A stretch of 64,000 bases of DNA from Ranitomeya imitator (Eukaryota): the NCBI RefSeq assembly GCF_032444005.1, contig NC_091286.1, forward strand, positions 396,056,001 to 396,120,000. Direction: 5' to 3'. The translations under genes were made by a program, and so were the position numbers. Shown piece after piece: positions 13,434-27,300 of the stretch. The notes beneath the pieces were generated by a model, which was given only the letters and a program-made list of their open reading frames with translations, made no database searches and was not told where the DNA came from. Positions within the stretch are counted from its first letter, which is position 1, and each line of letters begins with the position of its first letter.

Positions 13434-14248
13434 CCTATGGGTAGTTCATCAGTGTAATATTACTGGAATACCTCATTGTGATTGTTCCAGAGATGCTTAA
13501 CATTTTATGCTGATTTTTGTTCAGAAAGTTTGTCAAAGTTCACAGTTCAGTAATAGCAATAGGAAGAAGAAGCCTTAAAATATGGGGCAAATATTCCAGA
13601 CAGTAATGTGAATGTACAACTGCAGCACTAAAGAAGATGAGAATCTTAGTCTGTAAATAATTGATAATTGATAGGTGAGGTGCCAGCAGCAGTGCTAGCT
13701 TCAATATGGTTTATCAGTAATCTGGTGCAGCTGGCATCTGTTTTTCTGCATCTAAATTACAGTTATACATTTTCTTATTTGTTCTTAATGCATTAGAAAG
13801 CAGTATCAAGACAGAATAATAAATCTGAAAAATTCTGAAATCAATGTGATATGGTGTACTTGATTGTCACAAGGAACTGCACAGAGTTTTTGTATTTGTT
13901 ATACAATCATTTTTGTGAAGGTGAAGGGGGAATAATTGATGTTAAAAAATTCAAAAGAAAATTCCCATTTAAACTGTAACTCACAAAGTGTGAGCATTGC
14001 AAATGTTCTGTTTTCTTTAGCATACCTGTTTTACTGTGCATGCCACAGCAATACAGCGCCCTGATACAGGCGCTTGCTTTTTAGTCATGAACCTACCTAG
14101 CATTGATTATTGTTACTTTTGGAAAGAGTTTTTTGGGGAAAAAAAGTAGAACAAAAAAATGAAAAAAAAAATAGAAATTTAAGTTTACATGTCTGTTTTT
14201 CCACACCTGTTTGCTAGTCCAATTTGAAAACCGTACACACCACATCTA

Positions 14249-15832
14249 CAGTACAGATCAAAAGTTTGGACACACCTCATTTAAAGATTTTTCTGTATTT
14301 TCATGACTATGAAAATTGTAAATTCACATTGAAGGCATCAAAACTATGAATTAACACATGTGGAATTACATACTTAACAAAAAGTGTGAAACAACTGAAA
14401 ATATGTCTTATATTCTAGGTTCTCCAAAGTAGCCACCTTTTGCTTTGATGACTGCTTTGCACACTCTTGGCATTCTCTTGATGAGCTTCAAGAGGTAGTC
14501 ACCAGAAATGGTCTTCCAACAATCTTGAAGGAGCTCCCAGAGATACTTAGCACTTGTTGGCCCTTTTGCCTTCACTCTGCAGTCCAGCTCACCCCAAACC
14601 ATCTCGAATGAGTTCAGGTCTGGTGACTGTGGAGGCCAGGTCATCTGGCATAGCACCCCATCACTCTCCTTCTTGGTCAAATAGCCCTTACACAGCCTGG
14701 AGGTGTGTTTGGGATCATTGTCCTGTTGCAAACCGGATGGAGTAGCATGCCGCTGCAAGATGCTGTGGTAGCCATGCTGGTTCAGCATGCCTTCAATTTT
14801 GAATAAATCCCCAACAGTGTCACCAGCAAAGCACCCCCACACCATCACACCTCCTCCTCCATGCTTCACGGTGGGAACCAGGCATGTAGAGTCCATCCGT
14901 TCACCTTTTCTGCGTCGCACAAAGACACGTGGTTGGAACCAAAGATCTCAAATTTGGACTCATCAGACCAAAGCACAGATTTCCACTAGTCTAATGTCTA
15001 TTCCTTGTGTTCTTTAGCCCAAACAAGTCTCTTCTGCTTGTTGCCTGTCCTTAGCAGTGGTTTCCTAGCAGCTATTTTACCATGAAGGCCTGCTGCGCAA
15101 AGTCTCCTTATAACAGTTGTTGTAGAGATGTGTCTGCTGCTAGAACTCTGTGTGGCATTGACCTGGTCTCTAATCTGAGCTGCTGTTAACCTGCAATTTC
15201 TGAGGCTGGTGACTCAGAAAAACTTTCCTCAGAAGCAAATGTGACTCTTAGTATTCCTTTCCTGGGGCGGTCCTCATGTGACCCAGTTTCTTTGTAGCGC
15301 TTGATAGTTTTTGCCACTGCACTTGGGGACACTTTCAAAGTTTTCCCAATTTTTCAGACAGACTGACCTTCATTTCTTAAAGTAATGATGGCCACTCATT
15401 TTTCTTTACTTAGCTGCTTTTTTCTTGCCATAACACAAATTCTAACAGTCTATTCAGTAGGACTATCAGCTGTGTGTCCACCAGACTTATGCTCAACACA
15501 ATTGATGATCCCAATCCCATTTATAAGGCAAGACATCCCACTTATTAAACCTGACAGGGCACACCTGTGAAGTGAAAACCATTTCCAGTGACTACCTCTG
15601 GAAGCTCATCAAGAGAATGCCAAGAGTGTGCAAAGCAGTCATCAAAGCAAAAGGTGGTAACTTTGAAGAACTTAGAATATAAGACATATTTTCAGTTGTT
15701 TCACGCTTTTTTGTTAAGTATATAATTCCACATGTGTTAATTCATAATTCTGATGCCTTCAGTGTGAAATTACAATTCTCATAGTCATGAAAATACAGAA
15801 AAATCTTTAAATGAGAAGGTGTGTCTCTACTG
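14249..15832 (-). mobile_element. Decayed Tc1/mariner element; transposase pseudogene about 15431 to 14408
   Basis: TA flanks, ends CAGTACAGATCAAAAGTTTGGACACAC (right end partly deleted). Start MARKKQLSKEK* has in-frame stops. C-terminal ORF has [16 protein letters not shown] and WPPQSPDLN, with an internal deletion. Confidence 0.93.
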
Positions 15833-16348
15833 TATACTGCGGCCCGGTGCAACATTTTGCTCTCTGCATGTGTACCTAGCATTTATTGAAACGTTATTTT
15901 AGGCAAGGATTGAATAACTGGGGCTGAAAAGATTAACAAAAGTCAATTAAAGTGTTGTACAAAATTTAATGGTAAAAGAATAGTGGCAGTGGACATGGAA
16001 GGGGTCCTGTAACAGAAAAAAAACTTATACTGTAGCTTATACTGTTGGACCACTATGTCTGGCACAAGCCAACCAGGCAGTAGTATTACCAAATGTAGGT
16101 CACAATTGACCGCCTTTAGCTTATTATTATCACTAACATATAAATATCAGACCTAATATTGCTGTCAGTCATTTTCAGAAAAGCAGCATCAAAACTTAAT
16201 AACTGAGTCACATGTGCCAGAAATAGAAAAGAAAGGTTTTCATAAATGGAATTTAACCTGAATGTCATATGTAAAAAGAAACTGTAAAAAAAATGCCACA
16301 TCATTAATCCAGGTTCTTGGAGTTGAGAAAGATAACCTAGGTGAGTAC

Positions 16349-16723
16349 TAGAGATGAGCAAATTTGTTTGAAAAACGTTCACCATTCTCAAATTCAGCAC
16401 GAACATAGCTCGTTTGAATTCCCTAGCATTTTTCCTAAAAATTGGCAAAAGTTGACCAAAGTTCAGTAAATGACTGAGTTCACTAAGGGCTCTTTCAGAC
16501 GTCAGTGTTTACAGTAGCATCACGATCCACAAAATGTTCCTCACACATTCACACTGATGGTGCATGGATGACATTTCTGGCACTTTGCCCAGTCGATCCC
16601 ACTTGTGTCATTGGGATCCCGGCTGATCCCACTTGTGTCGACACATTGTGTCGGTGGCAAGTGAGGTTCATATTTGTGGAGTTTGGTTTCACCTTTGAAC
16701 CTTGAAAGGTTTGCTCATCTCCA
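16349..16723. mobile_element. hAT-like MITE just downstream of exon 7
   Basis: TAGAGATGAGCAAA ... TTTGCTCATCTCCA TIRs with perfect 8-bp TSD gtgagtac. Confidence 0.9.
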
Positions 16724-16816
16724 GTGAGTACCTGTGTACCATGTTTAGAACACTGTGCAAGAGTTTTGTCTTTTACAAATGCAACTGAAACTCTTTACCA
16801 TTACTGCTCCACTTAC

Positions 16817-16905
16817 GTTTCACAATCACAGCAGAATTGGTGGATGACTGTCCATGTACATTTCTAGCCACTGCCGAGTATGTAGCGGTGTCATCAGTAT
16901 TAGTC
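16817..16905 (-). CDS. MYOM2: MYOM2 exon 7 equivalent: TNTDDTATYSAVARNVHGQSSTNSAVIVK(R)
   Basis: 89 nt, ttctctttag acceptor, C|gtaagt donor. I-set Ig D-x-A-x-Y motif. Confidence 0.95.
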
Positions 16906-17435
16906 CTAAAGAGAACATTAAAATAACATTACTAATGTACAGAATAATAAATGCTACATTAAAGCTTTACTTTCCACAAAGCATCTAGTACTTTAAAAAC
17001 TCACCTTTTTAATCCTTAAAATACAATAATTTGATTAAAAAGCTACCACGTATACATCATGTATATATTATTAGGAAATAAAATCAATATAAAAGCTTTA
17101 TTACAGGGGGCATGGCCTGGACATGTCACCAAGAAGACGCACACACTGAGAGCTCTCTCTTCAGAGAATTTTCTTAGGGAAATAAAAAGCTATTTACAGC
17201 TACTACATGCCATCCATTAGGGGAAAGAAAGACAAAAGATCAGAGGTTAATTTGAGGTACTTCACCTCTGTCTGCACATCCTGTATGCAGCAATTCTTAT
17301 CAAAGGGCTCCTCTTCCAGCTCAGCAGCCAGCACCATTATTGACTCACCTCAGCGTAGAACAAGAACCAGTTTTAACCTTCATGATGGCAGACAGCTCAA
17401 GCCTATAAGTCCTGTATCAACTTCTCCTACCTTAA

Positions 17436-18634
17436 GGTGCAGTCAAAAGGCCGTATAACATCGACTACGATCGCATCACAATACACAGACTGGCCGATGG
17501 CTGTCCTGACCTGAGCATGAAAGTTGCATAGAATTACAGGCCGCCGGCCTGTCCAAGCATTGTGATGTGATTGCCGTTCGTGCTCTCCAAAACTGAACGT
17601 CTTCTGCTCCCACCATCTACTAACCTCCCTAAATCTGACATTTCCCTCTCCGTGGGTGGCACCATAATAACACCCCGGCAGCAGGCGCGCTGTCTGGGTG
17701 TTATGTTTGACTCCGATCTCTCCTTCACCTCCCATATACAATCTCTTGCCCGCTCGTGCCGCTTACACCTAAAGAACATCTCTAGAATCCGCCCTTTTCT
17801 CACCATGGAGACAGCTAAAACCCTCACTGTCACCCTGATCCCCTCCCGCCTGGACTACTGTAACGCTCTATTAATTGGCCTCCCCCTCACTCGACTTTCC
17901 CCTCTCCAGTCCATCCTTAATGCAGCAGCCAGGGTCGTCCATCTGGCTAATCGTTACTCGGACGCGTCCGCTCTTCGCCAGTCGTTACACTGGCTGCCCA
18001 TTCATTACAGGATACAATTCAAAGTACTTGTTCTCACCCACAAAGCTCTCCACAGTGCGGCACCCCCTTACATCTCCTCTCTCATTTCTGTCTATCAGCC
18101 TAACAGACCACTGCGCTCTGCAAATGACTTTCGATTAACCTTTGCACTAATCCGTACCTCCCACTCCCGACTCCAAGACTTCTCCCGTGCTGCGCCAATC
18201 TTCTGGAATGCTCTACCCCAAGATATTAGGACCATCCATAATTTGCATAGTTTTAGGCGCTCGCTCAAAACACATTTGTTCAGAGCGGCCTAACACGTTC
18301 ACTAATCAAAGTCATTTTATGTTTGTGTGTGTGTGTAGCCCATTTACTATCCCCATCTATTCCCCAACCCCTGAAGATGGCTGGACCATCATTGTAAATA
18401 CATCATTGTAAATACACACCTGTACTTTGCATCTCCCCCACCTCATTGTAGATTGTAAGCTCTCACGAGCAGGGTCGTCTTATTTTGCTTTAATTATTGT
18501 ATTGTTAACGTTGTTACTTATGACTTTTGTGTTTGAAACTGTTAAACTGTAAAGCGCTGTGGAATATGTTGGCGCTATATAAATAAAGATTATTATTATT
18601 ATTATTATTATTTTAAGGCTGTGTGACTTCACCC
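17436..18634. mobile_element. Harbinger-like MITE split by the L2 insertion
   Basis: Left end ttaaGGTGCAGTCAAAAGGCC and right end GGCTGTGTGACTTCACCCttaa are degenerate inverted repeats bracketing the L2. Confidence 0.5.
17583..18612 (+). mobile_element. 5'-truncated L2 LINE (ORF2 C-terminus, 3' UTR, (TAT)n tail)
   Basis: Translation SKTE...ARCLGVMFDSDLSF...RLDYCNALL...LHWLPI...FKVL...WNALP...LKTHLF. Same 3' terminal motif as the 34235-36500 copy. Confidence 0.93.
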
Positions 18635-19082
18635 TTAATGTTGGCCTAACAAGAAAACAGCTGTACAAGCCTCCCTGTACTTTTATTGAAGCCCACATAC
18701 TCAGCAGCACTTGAATCACGGAATTTACCCCCAAGCCACAGGGAATCCTGATATGGGGAATGCCATAATTGATTTGAAACATCATACTGTGCCTATCCCT
18801 ACTAAACCAGTCAAGGAGTAATATGTGCAGAGGCTGGAGACCACATGCAAAGCAAAATACATTCCCTCACTTCTAGCCTGGCACAACGTACTGACAAGGT
18901 ACAGGGATTAGAGGATGATGTCATACAAGCTGTGGCCATCATGATGCTCATAAACAAACACTGTATCTTCACAGCCAGCCAACACAAAGTCTGTTTAATA
19001 CGGTTGTTGGACAATAAAAAATCACAATTGCCGCAACCATATCCGGATAAGGGGTATACTTGAAAGCATTAATGCACAAGTA

Positions 19083-20435
19083 CCGTATATACTCGAGTAT
19101 AAGCCGAGATTTTCAGCTCAAATTTTTGGGCTGAAAGTGCCCCCCTCGGCTTATACTCGAGTCAAGGTAGTGGTGGGGTCGGCGGGTGAGGGGGAGAGGG
19201 CGCTGAGGTATACTTACCTAGTCCCAGCGATCCTCGCGCTGTCCCTGCCTTCCTCCCCGTCTTCTGTGCTGCAGCTTCTTCCCCTCTTCAGCGGTCACGT
19301 GGGACCGCTCATTACACAAATGAATAAGCGGCTCCACCTCCCATAGGGGCGGAGCCGCCTATTCATTTCTCTAATCAGCGGTGCCGGTGACCGCTGACAG
19401 GAAGATGCTGCAGCACAGAAGACGGGGAGGAAGGCAGGGACAGCGCGAGGATCGCTGGGACTAGGTAAGTATGTTATATTCACCTGTCCGCGTTCCAGCC
19501 GCCGGGCGTCGCTCCATCTTCCCGGCGCCTCCATCTTCCCGGCGTCTGCGCTCTGACTATTCAGGCAGAGGGCGCGATGACGCATATAGTGTGCGCGGCG
19601 CCCTCTGCCTGATCAGTCAGAGCAGAGACGCCGGGAAGATGGAGGTGCCGGGACCGGACGCTGGGAGCTGCAATCAAGGGAGGTGAGTATGTGTTTTTTT
19701 TTTTTTATTGCAGCAGCAGCAGCGGCAGCACAGATTTATGTGCAGCATCTATGGGGGCAGTATGAACGGCACACAGCACTATATGGGGGCAGTATGAACG
19801 GCACACAGCACTATATGGGGGCAGTATGAACGGCACACAGCACTATATGGGGGCAGTATGAACGGCACACAGCACTATATGGGGGCAGTATGAACGGCAC
19901 ACAGCACTATATGGGGGCAGTATGAACGGCACACAGCACTATATGGGGGCAGTATGAACGGCACACAGCACTATATGGGGGCAGTATGAACGGCACACAG
20001 CACTATATGGGGGCAGTATGAACGGCACACAGCACTATATGGGGGCAGTATGAATGGCACACAGCACTATATGAGGCATCTGTGCAGCATCTATTGGGGG
20101 CAGTATGAACGGCACACAGCACTATATGGGGGCAGTATGAACGGCACACAGCACTATATGGGGCATCTGTGCAGCATCTATGGGGGCAGTATGAACGGCA
20201 CACAGCACTATATGGGGCATCTGTGCAGCATCTATGGGGCAATATGAACGGTGCAGAGCACTATATGGCACAGCTATGGGGAAATAATGATCTATTTTTA
20301 TTTTTGAAATTCACCGGTAAATGCTACATTTCCACCCTAGGCTTATACTCGAGTCAATAAGTTTTCCCAGTTTTTTGTGGCAAAATTAGGGGGGTCGGCT
20401 TATACTCGGGTCGGCTTATACTCAAGTATATACGG
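19083..20435. mobile_element. pogo/Tc1-type non-autonomous MITE
   Basis: TA|CCGTATATACTCGAGTATAAGCCGA ... TCGGCTTATACTCAAGTATATACGG|TA. The empty site reconstructs as gcacaagTActtatg. Confidence 0.88.
19751..20260. repeat. 32-bp minisatellite inside the MITE
   Basis: Unit atgggggcagtatgaacggcacacagcactat, about 10 near-perfect copies followed by variant units. No spacers. Confidence 0.95.
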
Positions 20436-21401
20436 TACTTATGCCAAAACCGCACTGCCGACATTATTCAATCTTATCCTTGGTGATCCTATTGATAAGG
20501 AACTGGAGGTCGACATAGCACACCGTACACTAGGCCCTTGTGGCCCAGATCCTAAGCATCCAAGAGACATTCTGCATTTTTTCTCAATGTAAAAGAGGCC
20601 ATTATAAGGTAAGCAATGGAGTTGGGTTGGCCTGATGTACTCCCAGAGGTACCCATTCCAGCTGTAGGTCAGGAAAATTGAACATTGTATACTTTGTAAT
20701 ATCCAAGCAACATATGAGACCATTCTATGATGCCCTGGACATTCCCAGAATCCATATATCTGACTGGCCACCTGCTCTACCATTGGTACACAGAGTTTCA
20801 GCACGTCACACACTCAATGGATCAGGAACTTGAGGGTGACGCACCTAGACGGGAAAGAAAACTGCCTATCATATGAGCTCCTGAAATGAGCTTTTCTTCT
20901 CTGATGAGAGAGACAGTTTGCAGATGTTTCATTTTTTCTTTAAGTATATAATTAGATACAGCTAAATTGCTTTTTAAGTGTGACTTTTACACTATACAGA
21001 ATGTCTCAGTTCATATAATATTAGAACAACATTTAAGTTGAGTTCATATTATATTATTATAATATTAAGCTCTATTACTTTACTCGCTATATATTCCATG
21101 TTTTCCCCTAATAGGAACCCCATGTCTGACAGTTTGACTCACGCCTGTAACGACAACTTCCAGTTAGGGATTTGTATTGGGACCAGCTTGTTTTGCAGTT
21201 TCCTTGTGTTTGATTTATTCATAATTTACACTGTACATCTTAGATTAGACGCTGAGAGGTAGACATTACTATGTAACGTCTATACTTCCTCATTGGTCTC
21301 AATCTTTCCATCATTTTTTCCTTCCCATGTGTGACATCTAGCTAGAGAACATCATTGACAATGAATGCCATGTAATATAACCCAAATCCTATTACTATTA
21401 A

Positions 21402-21605
21402 CCCTGCTGTTGTCTTCGGTCTGGGGAGACCGATTTTGAACTTTGGTATTTTTGGGGGTGTTCAAGATGCGGTTCTGAAACTTGTGGTTAATTGACTTAA
21501 ATGAGGATAGGTCGGTCAGCCACGGGTTTCAGAGCCGCATCTTGAATATTTTAAAGAATATTGAAGTTCAAGGTCGGTCGTTTTTGACCGAAGACAACAG
21601 CAGGG
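21402..21605. mobile_element. 204-bp piggyBac-like mini-MITE
   Basis: ttaa|CCCTGCTGTTGTCTTCGGTC ... GACCGAAGACAACAGCAGGG|ttaa (perfect 20-bp TIR), plus an inner inverted repeat. Confidence 0.88.
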
Positions 21606-22539
21606 TTAAATGAAAAATGCCAAACAAAGAACTTCAGTTGTAGTGCCGCTTGCTCCAGAGCGTGGTTTGTCTTCTCATAGATGCTCAGGCAAGTGGCAGA
21701 TTCATACGTCCGCGCACGCATTTTCTCCACGATGGCAGTGGAGCCCTTGCGTGTTACAGGGTCGCAAACTGGATCGTCCTTTTTATGAGCTACGTTAACT
21801 GCGCATGCGTCATACAGTGGGCGAGATGCACGATTCATTGGAAAGCATGATTTGGAAACGTGATGCACACACCCTCTCTATTGAGCACCTTCATTGGCTG
21901 GCCTCTTTGTTATAAACCATACCTACCCTCTCCCCAATACACGGCTACTGATGAAGATATAATGAAACATGCGTTGACACAGTGGGAACACTACAGCAGA
22001 TGGTGTCATATACATGTAAGTGTAACATTGTATTTAAGCCCTTTTTCTTTCATATATCGCTGGGAAAAGTGTACTAAATATTACTGCTACACATGAGGGC
22101 ATATGCTTTATTTATTTAAAAAAGGCTTTCCTGTCTCCAAGATGTCTCTTTCCTCATGTGCAGGCATTGCAGGACCTTTGGTATCCGTGGTTACAACCAC
22201 TGATATAGTGACAGTTAATTAGCTAATAGTCATAACCATGGATACGTAAGGTCCTGCAATGCCTGCACATGAGGAAAGAGACAAAGCGATTCAGAAAAAC
22301 TATGCTACATGTCTAATTGGAGGTAAATGCTAATATTATTATTACATCGACTACATATTGGGATAGGATCTTGGCGATGGGAATACCACTTTAAACACGT
22401 ATAATTATCCCCATCTGTATATGGTAGTGTCCTTTCGCACCAGTGCTTAGCAGCCTCAGATTTATTGAATAGTTTGTCATTGCTTTTGTTTTAATCAATA
22501 AAATGTATTTTATGCTCTGTACATTTTTTCCCTACTCTT

Positions 22540-23185
22540 TTTTGCTTGCCTCCCCCCAATTAGGCCAATTTTCCATTACTTCGGATTCAATCTCAAAGGC
22601 AAAGAAGTATATCCTAAGGCACTTTCAAACAGCCATTAAGCCAAATATTACACGACACTGGGAATCCTCAAGAACTCCCACTTTTGGTGCATGGGTGGAA
22701 AAAGATAACAATATTATGAAAATGGAAAACATGATTGCACATGATAACAATTGCCTCCAAGCTTTTCATCGCCAATAGACATGATGGATATTATTCAGTG
22801 AGGGGAATGACCTGGCAATCTGGATGTCAGAAAATAAGTACTTAGAATAAAATGTTGTGGTAGATGTGGCCTCCGAAGTGCTGGGTTCAATAAGTCGTGT
22901 TTTTTTTTGTTTGTTTTTTTTTTTGTTTCCTCCATACCTCCTTTTCCTTCCCCTTCTTTCTCTTTCTGCCCTCCTTTACTACATTCCTCTATCACTCACA
23001 TAATTATTTGGTTCATGTAAGAGCTTATATTAATGTCTCATCAAGTTATTGTTTAACGATAACCTAATATTAACAACGGTCAACTTTTTTATTGTTATTA
23101 TTGAACATAATTAGAATATTCTATTTTCCTATCAATGTTGTTAAAACCCAATCAAAATATTTAAAGTAAAAAAGGTTTTATTACA
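22540..23185 (+). mobile_element. L1-type ORF2 C-terminus and 3' UTR remnant
   Basis: ORF ...AIKPNITRHWESSRTPTFGAWVEK...MKMENM... resembles the amphibian/fish L1 ORF2 tail (I..HWK...P...W...E), followed by a pyrimidine-rich UTR and an A-rich end. Confidence 0.55.
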
Positions 23186-23699
23186 AAGGTTTCTATTAAA
23201 AACACCAATAGCTGCAATCACTGTGAATTCCACATGGTGGCACTGCATGGAAATGAATCATTTCAAAGTTTTCCAAGAAAGAAAGAGACAGACTTGTACC
23301 ACGAGAAGTAAGAGTGCTCTTATAATGCAGCTTAGCAACATATTTAAAAAGCTGCAGTATTGTAATAGGTATCCATACATTGTGATCTGTGTTTACCAGG
23401 GGTATCACATAGTAAGTGTTAGGGTTTGGGCAGAAAGTGAATTGTTGATATTTTAGAAAAGTAACATTATTTTTTTACAAAATGACATTATGTTGAAATC
23501 GGGTTGTTTTCGAAATTATAAAAGGTCCTACCATAGCCATAATATATATATAAGCACAGAATCAATGAAGAACCCAAGAAAGTAACGACATGTGAAAAAA
23601 TGTGTACATCTTATTGGCTCTTTGTATGGTGTTTTGAGCCTTGGTAGAATTATTAGTTAATTGTAATGGGCACTGTTGTTTCAACAATAAGTCAATTGT

Positions 23700-24360
23700 G
23701 CACAAGAACATTAAAAAAAATTGTAATACATCGTGTCAGAGGAATATGCTTTTTTCTCCACTCAAGAGCCATTTCTTTCCCTTACGCTGCCACCTGAACG
23801 CAGCGTTTGCTCTGAAAAAAAAATGGCTCAAATCCGAAATATCAGGTTATAAAGCATATTAATTTTTATAGAGATGGGAGAGGGAGACGTAATGGGGAGC
23901 AGGGAAAGGAACTGACACAGACAGAGAAACATATCTGTGCTGCAAATTCTATCAAATTATTTCATTTCACTTTAGAGATGGATTCATAGCTACACCGCTC
24001 AGTACTGTTGTATAATATCCTCCATGCTGCACAAGAACATTAAAAAAAATTGTAATACATCGTGTCAGAGGAATATGCTTTTTTTCTCCACTCAAGAGCC
24101 ATTTCTTTCCCTTACGCTGCCACCTGAACGCAGCGTTTGCTCTGAAAAAAAAATGGCTCAAATCCGAATTATCAGGTTATAACGCATATTAATTTTTATA
24201 GAGATGGGAGAGGGAGAAGTAATGGGGAGCAGGGAAAGGAACTGACACAGACAGAGAAACAGATCTGTGCTGCAAATTCTATCAAATTATTTCATTTCAC
24301 TTTAGAGCTGGATTCATAGTTACACCGCTCAGTACTGTTGTATAATATCCTCCATGCTGC
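23700..24360. repeat. Head-to-tail duplication of about 330 bp
   Basis: gcacaagaacatt...tcctccatgctgc occurs at about 23700-24030 and 24030-24360 with a handful of substitutions. Confidence 0.93.
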
Positions 24361-27300
24361 TTCTGAACATACAGTAAACTACACAGACAATAAAAGCAGG
24401 AATCTTTCTCTGTGAATTGTTTATAGGAGGCATCATAACAGTTAATCACCACCCACTGACTCAGAGACGACTGACAATTAAAGAAAGGTAACACAGAGTG
24501 GAAAAGTAGTGAAAAATACTAGTTACTAGTCATATAATAACCAGAATTAATGTTACTGGTCAGTCTGCTCAGTGCTGGGGTCCTGGGAGGGCAAAAAAAG
24601 TAATTTCTAAAAGAACATCCCCACAAATGGGCAGTTCCTTATCAAATACTCTTCACTTTATTACAAGATTGAAAAAAAAGAAACAGTGCTTTTTACAGTA
24701 TAAAAGATTTTATAGCAGAAGAGTTTATTACACAGCGCTTGTACTTTACTGACTATAAGCTGAGCTGTAATAGAAGACATAACAGACAGGTGCAGCACTG
24801 TATCTATAAGAAATCAGACGTTCTCTAATCCTGGACATTCCTGTAAATTACGTTTTATTTTAGTACCTTCTCATCAGTACATTATTTGATCTATATGAAT
24901 ACAGTAAATAACCTGTTGGGCACTATGCAAGGACACATTCAAACCAAAAAAAATGGAGAACCTACTTATGAATTTCCAATAATTGGCTGTAGTAGTGCAT
25001 ATCTCCTTTTCTACTTACATTCTATTCTCTTTTTCTTTTCACTTTTTTTCCTATCTGTTTTTTTCTTTTGTCTCTCTGCTACTTCATTCAAGATCGTTTA
25101 GTTCTCTTTTCGTCTTTTACTTTTATTCATGAATTTATATAATTTGCATATTATATTGGTTAACATTTTTCCTAACACATTTACTGTTATATACTTACTA
25201 AAATATAGTGCTGAAGAAGCAAATGCATAGACTGTGGGGAACATTAGGATTGGCGTTTAAAATTAAATATGATGTTCTCATCTTGGCACCATGAATATTT
25301 TCCAAAGGTTGCCAAGTATATACAGATAGACAAATGTCACCAGGGAAGAGCTCCCTAACACAGTACGTTCAAGATGACAGCCAAGAAATTCCAAGCTGTT
25401 TTAAGAAGCAGCAGATCAATTTGCAGAGAGCTCAGCAACATGGTATGAACAGCTGAGAATACTAGAGCTGTACAGAGACGCCATCATCCAAAGGATCAAA
25501 ATGCAAAATGAACAAGGCTTCTACCCTTAAGATTCATTCACATACTAGACGTCCTACTCTGAAACCAGAACGTCTTAGGTAGTTTCTATAGTCAGTTGGT
25601 TAAATTGAGCAGTGTGTATGTCGTTCACTCTACTACTCCCAAGCATGAATGATGCTAGACACTCAAACACTGTATCATTTACTTTCTGCAAATGTAACAT
25701 AATCTACGTACACTGAATGGCTACTATATTAGAGACACCCATTTGGTAGTGTGTTGGACCTTCTTTGGTCTTCAAAACCACAGCAATTTATCATACCATA
25801 GATTCCACAAACTGCTGAAATCATTCTGAAGGAACAGTGGCCAGAAGAGCTTCTAGCAGCTTAGGCAAATTGGACGGAAGTAGTGACATCTCGTTCTCCT
25901 TCATCCCTGTGCTGCTCTATTGCATTAAATCTTAACCCAAAATGACGCAAATGTAGCTTAGACCTGGGGTCACTGAAAGAGGAGGGGGCTCAGGAGATGA
26001 GCTCCCTCTACAAGTGGTAGCTGGCAGTTTTGTTGTATAACTGGCATCTTCCTCTAACTTCAGCAGTTATCACTGCTGTTAACCATTTAGTTTTTCTGCC
26101 TGACCTCAGACTTTGCCTTTGACTATTTGTTTGCCTAGCCCTTTTGTCTCGATCCTCACATTTTGGACTGCAGACTATGACCTGGTTACTCTTTTGTCTT
26201 GCCCCTCTGCCTTTTGATGTACACTCTTGGTGTTTGACCCGCAAACTTTTTTATTCCCCTGCCTCACGTAAATGTTCATGGGAAGTGACGATAGTCAGCA
26301 TCACAACAGGCATCAGAGGACACAGAGTGTTCCAAGAAAGCATTCCTGACACCATTAACCCACTTCTATCAATCTGAACTGTTGATACATAACAGGAATC
26401 TTATGCACACACTACCATCTATTCACACAGTAGCTCATGGACACCAAATCTAGTAATCAATGATGGTCCGAGCTGTTGGATGCCAAGTGGTCATGCATTT
26501 CTCACCTATTCATTGGACAGATTATTTAAAGGTCAAACACCTGCTAAAGGAGTATAAACTATTTATTCAGGTGATTAAATACTTATTTATAAATGTAGTG
26601 GGAGGTAAAGATTTTTTTAATTTCATATTTTCATATTTAAACTCTGCAACAACATAGTAATTTAAAATGTATTGATTTTTTTCCACCTCTAAAATACTGG
26701 CTAGTACGTACAAATAGCAAAATGTGAAGAACCTCAATGAGAAATAACCATCAGCACACATGAAGGCAGGGAGAGGGCTCCTTCTGCACTTCCATCGGGG
26801 CCCCCGCTACTTCATCACAAGGGCCTGATCGTTGCCATGGAGAACCGACATAGTCATGAGGTCACCAGGCTACGGCAAGCCCCTTAGACCATGCGCAGCG
26901 CATGGTCTAATGGGCTTCAGTCAGTGCAGAACTGCCAATGCTTTATACTAGCAATCAGACTGGTGAAAGTGAAAGTCCCATAGAGGGAAGTAAAAACGTT
27001 GAAATAAAAGTAAAAAAAAATGTTCCAAATATTTTTTTTTAAAATTACACAATAATAAAAATAAAAAATGAATAACATATTGTACCCATAAATAATTACT
27101 TTTATGTAAACAAAATCTACAAAAAGGAACACATATTTACTATTGCCACGTCCAGACCGATCTGACATATAAAACTGTCACACTAGTTAACCTCTACAGT
27201 GAACACTAAAAAAAAGTAGGCAAAAAAACTGCTTTTTCATCATACCGCCGAACAAAAGATGGAATAAAACGCAAACAAAGACAAATGTAGTAAATAAAAA

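Larger units (their letters stand above)
18830..20830 (+). mobile_element. L1/Tx1-type ORF1 remnant, interrupted by a pogo-like MITE
   Basis: Degenerate translations resemble L1 ORF1: NCRNHIRIRGILESI (cf. NRRNNIRIRGLPE) before the MITE, and LFNLILGDP...EVDIAHRTLGP...PRDIL...KEAII (cf. IDRAHR...PRDVI...KE) after it. Confidence 0.65.

Noticed and set aside
17460-17582. CpG-rich hairpin at the 5' junction of the L2, initially suggesting a captured ncRNA
   Set aside because: Better explained as the internal palindrome of the Harbinger-like MITE that the L2 interrupted. I saw no match to snRNA, rRNA or tRNA sequences I know.
19751-20260. 32-bp and 43-bp (42327-43002) repeat arrays as possible CRISPR arrays
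   Set aside because: Head-to-tail units with no unique spacers, in eukaryotic DNA, with no cas genes.
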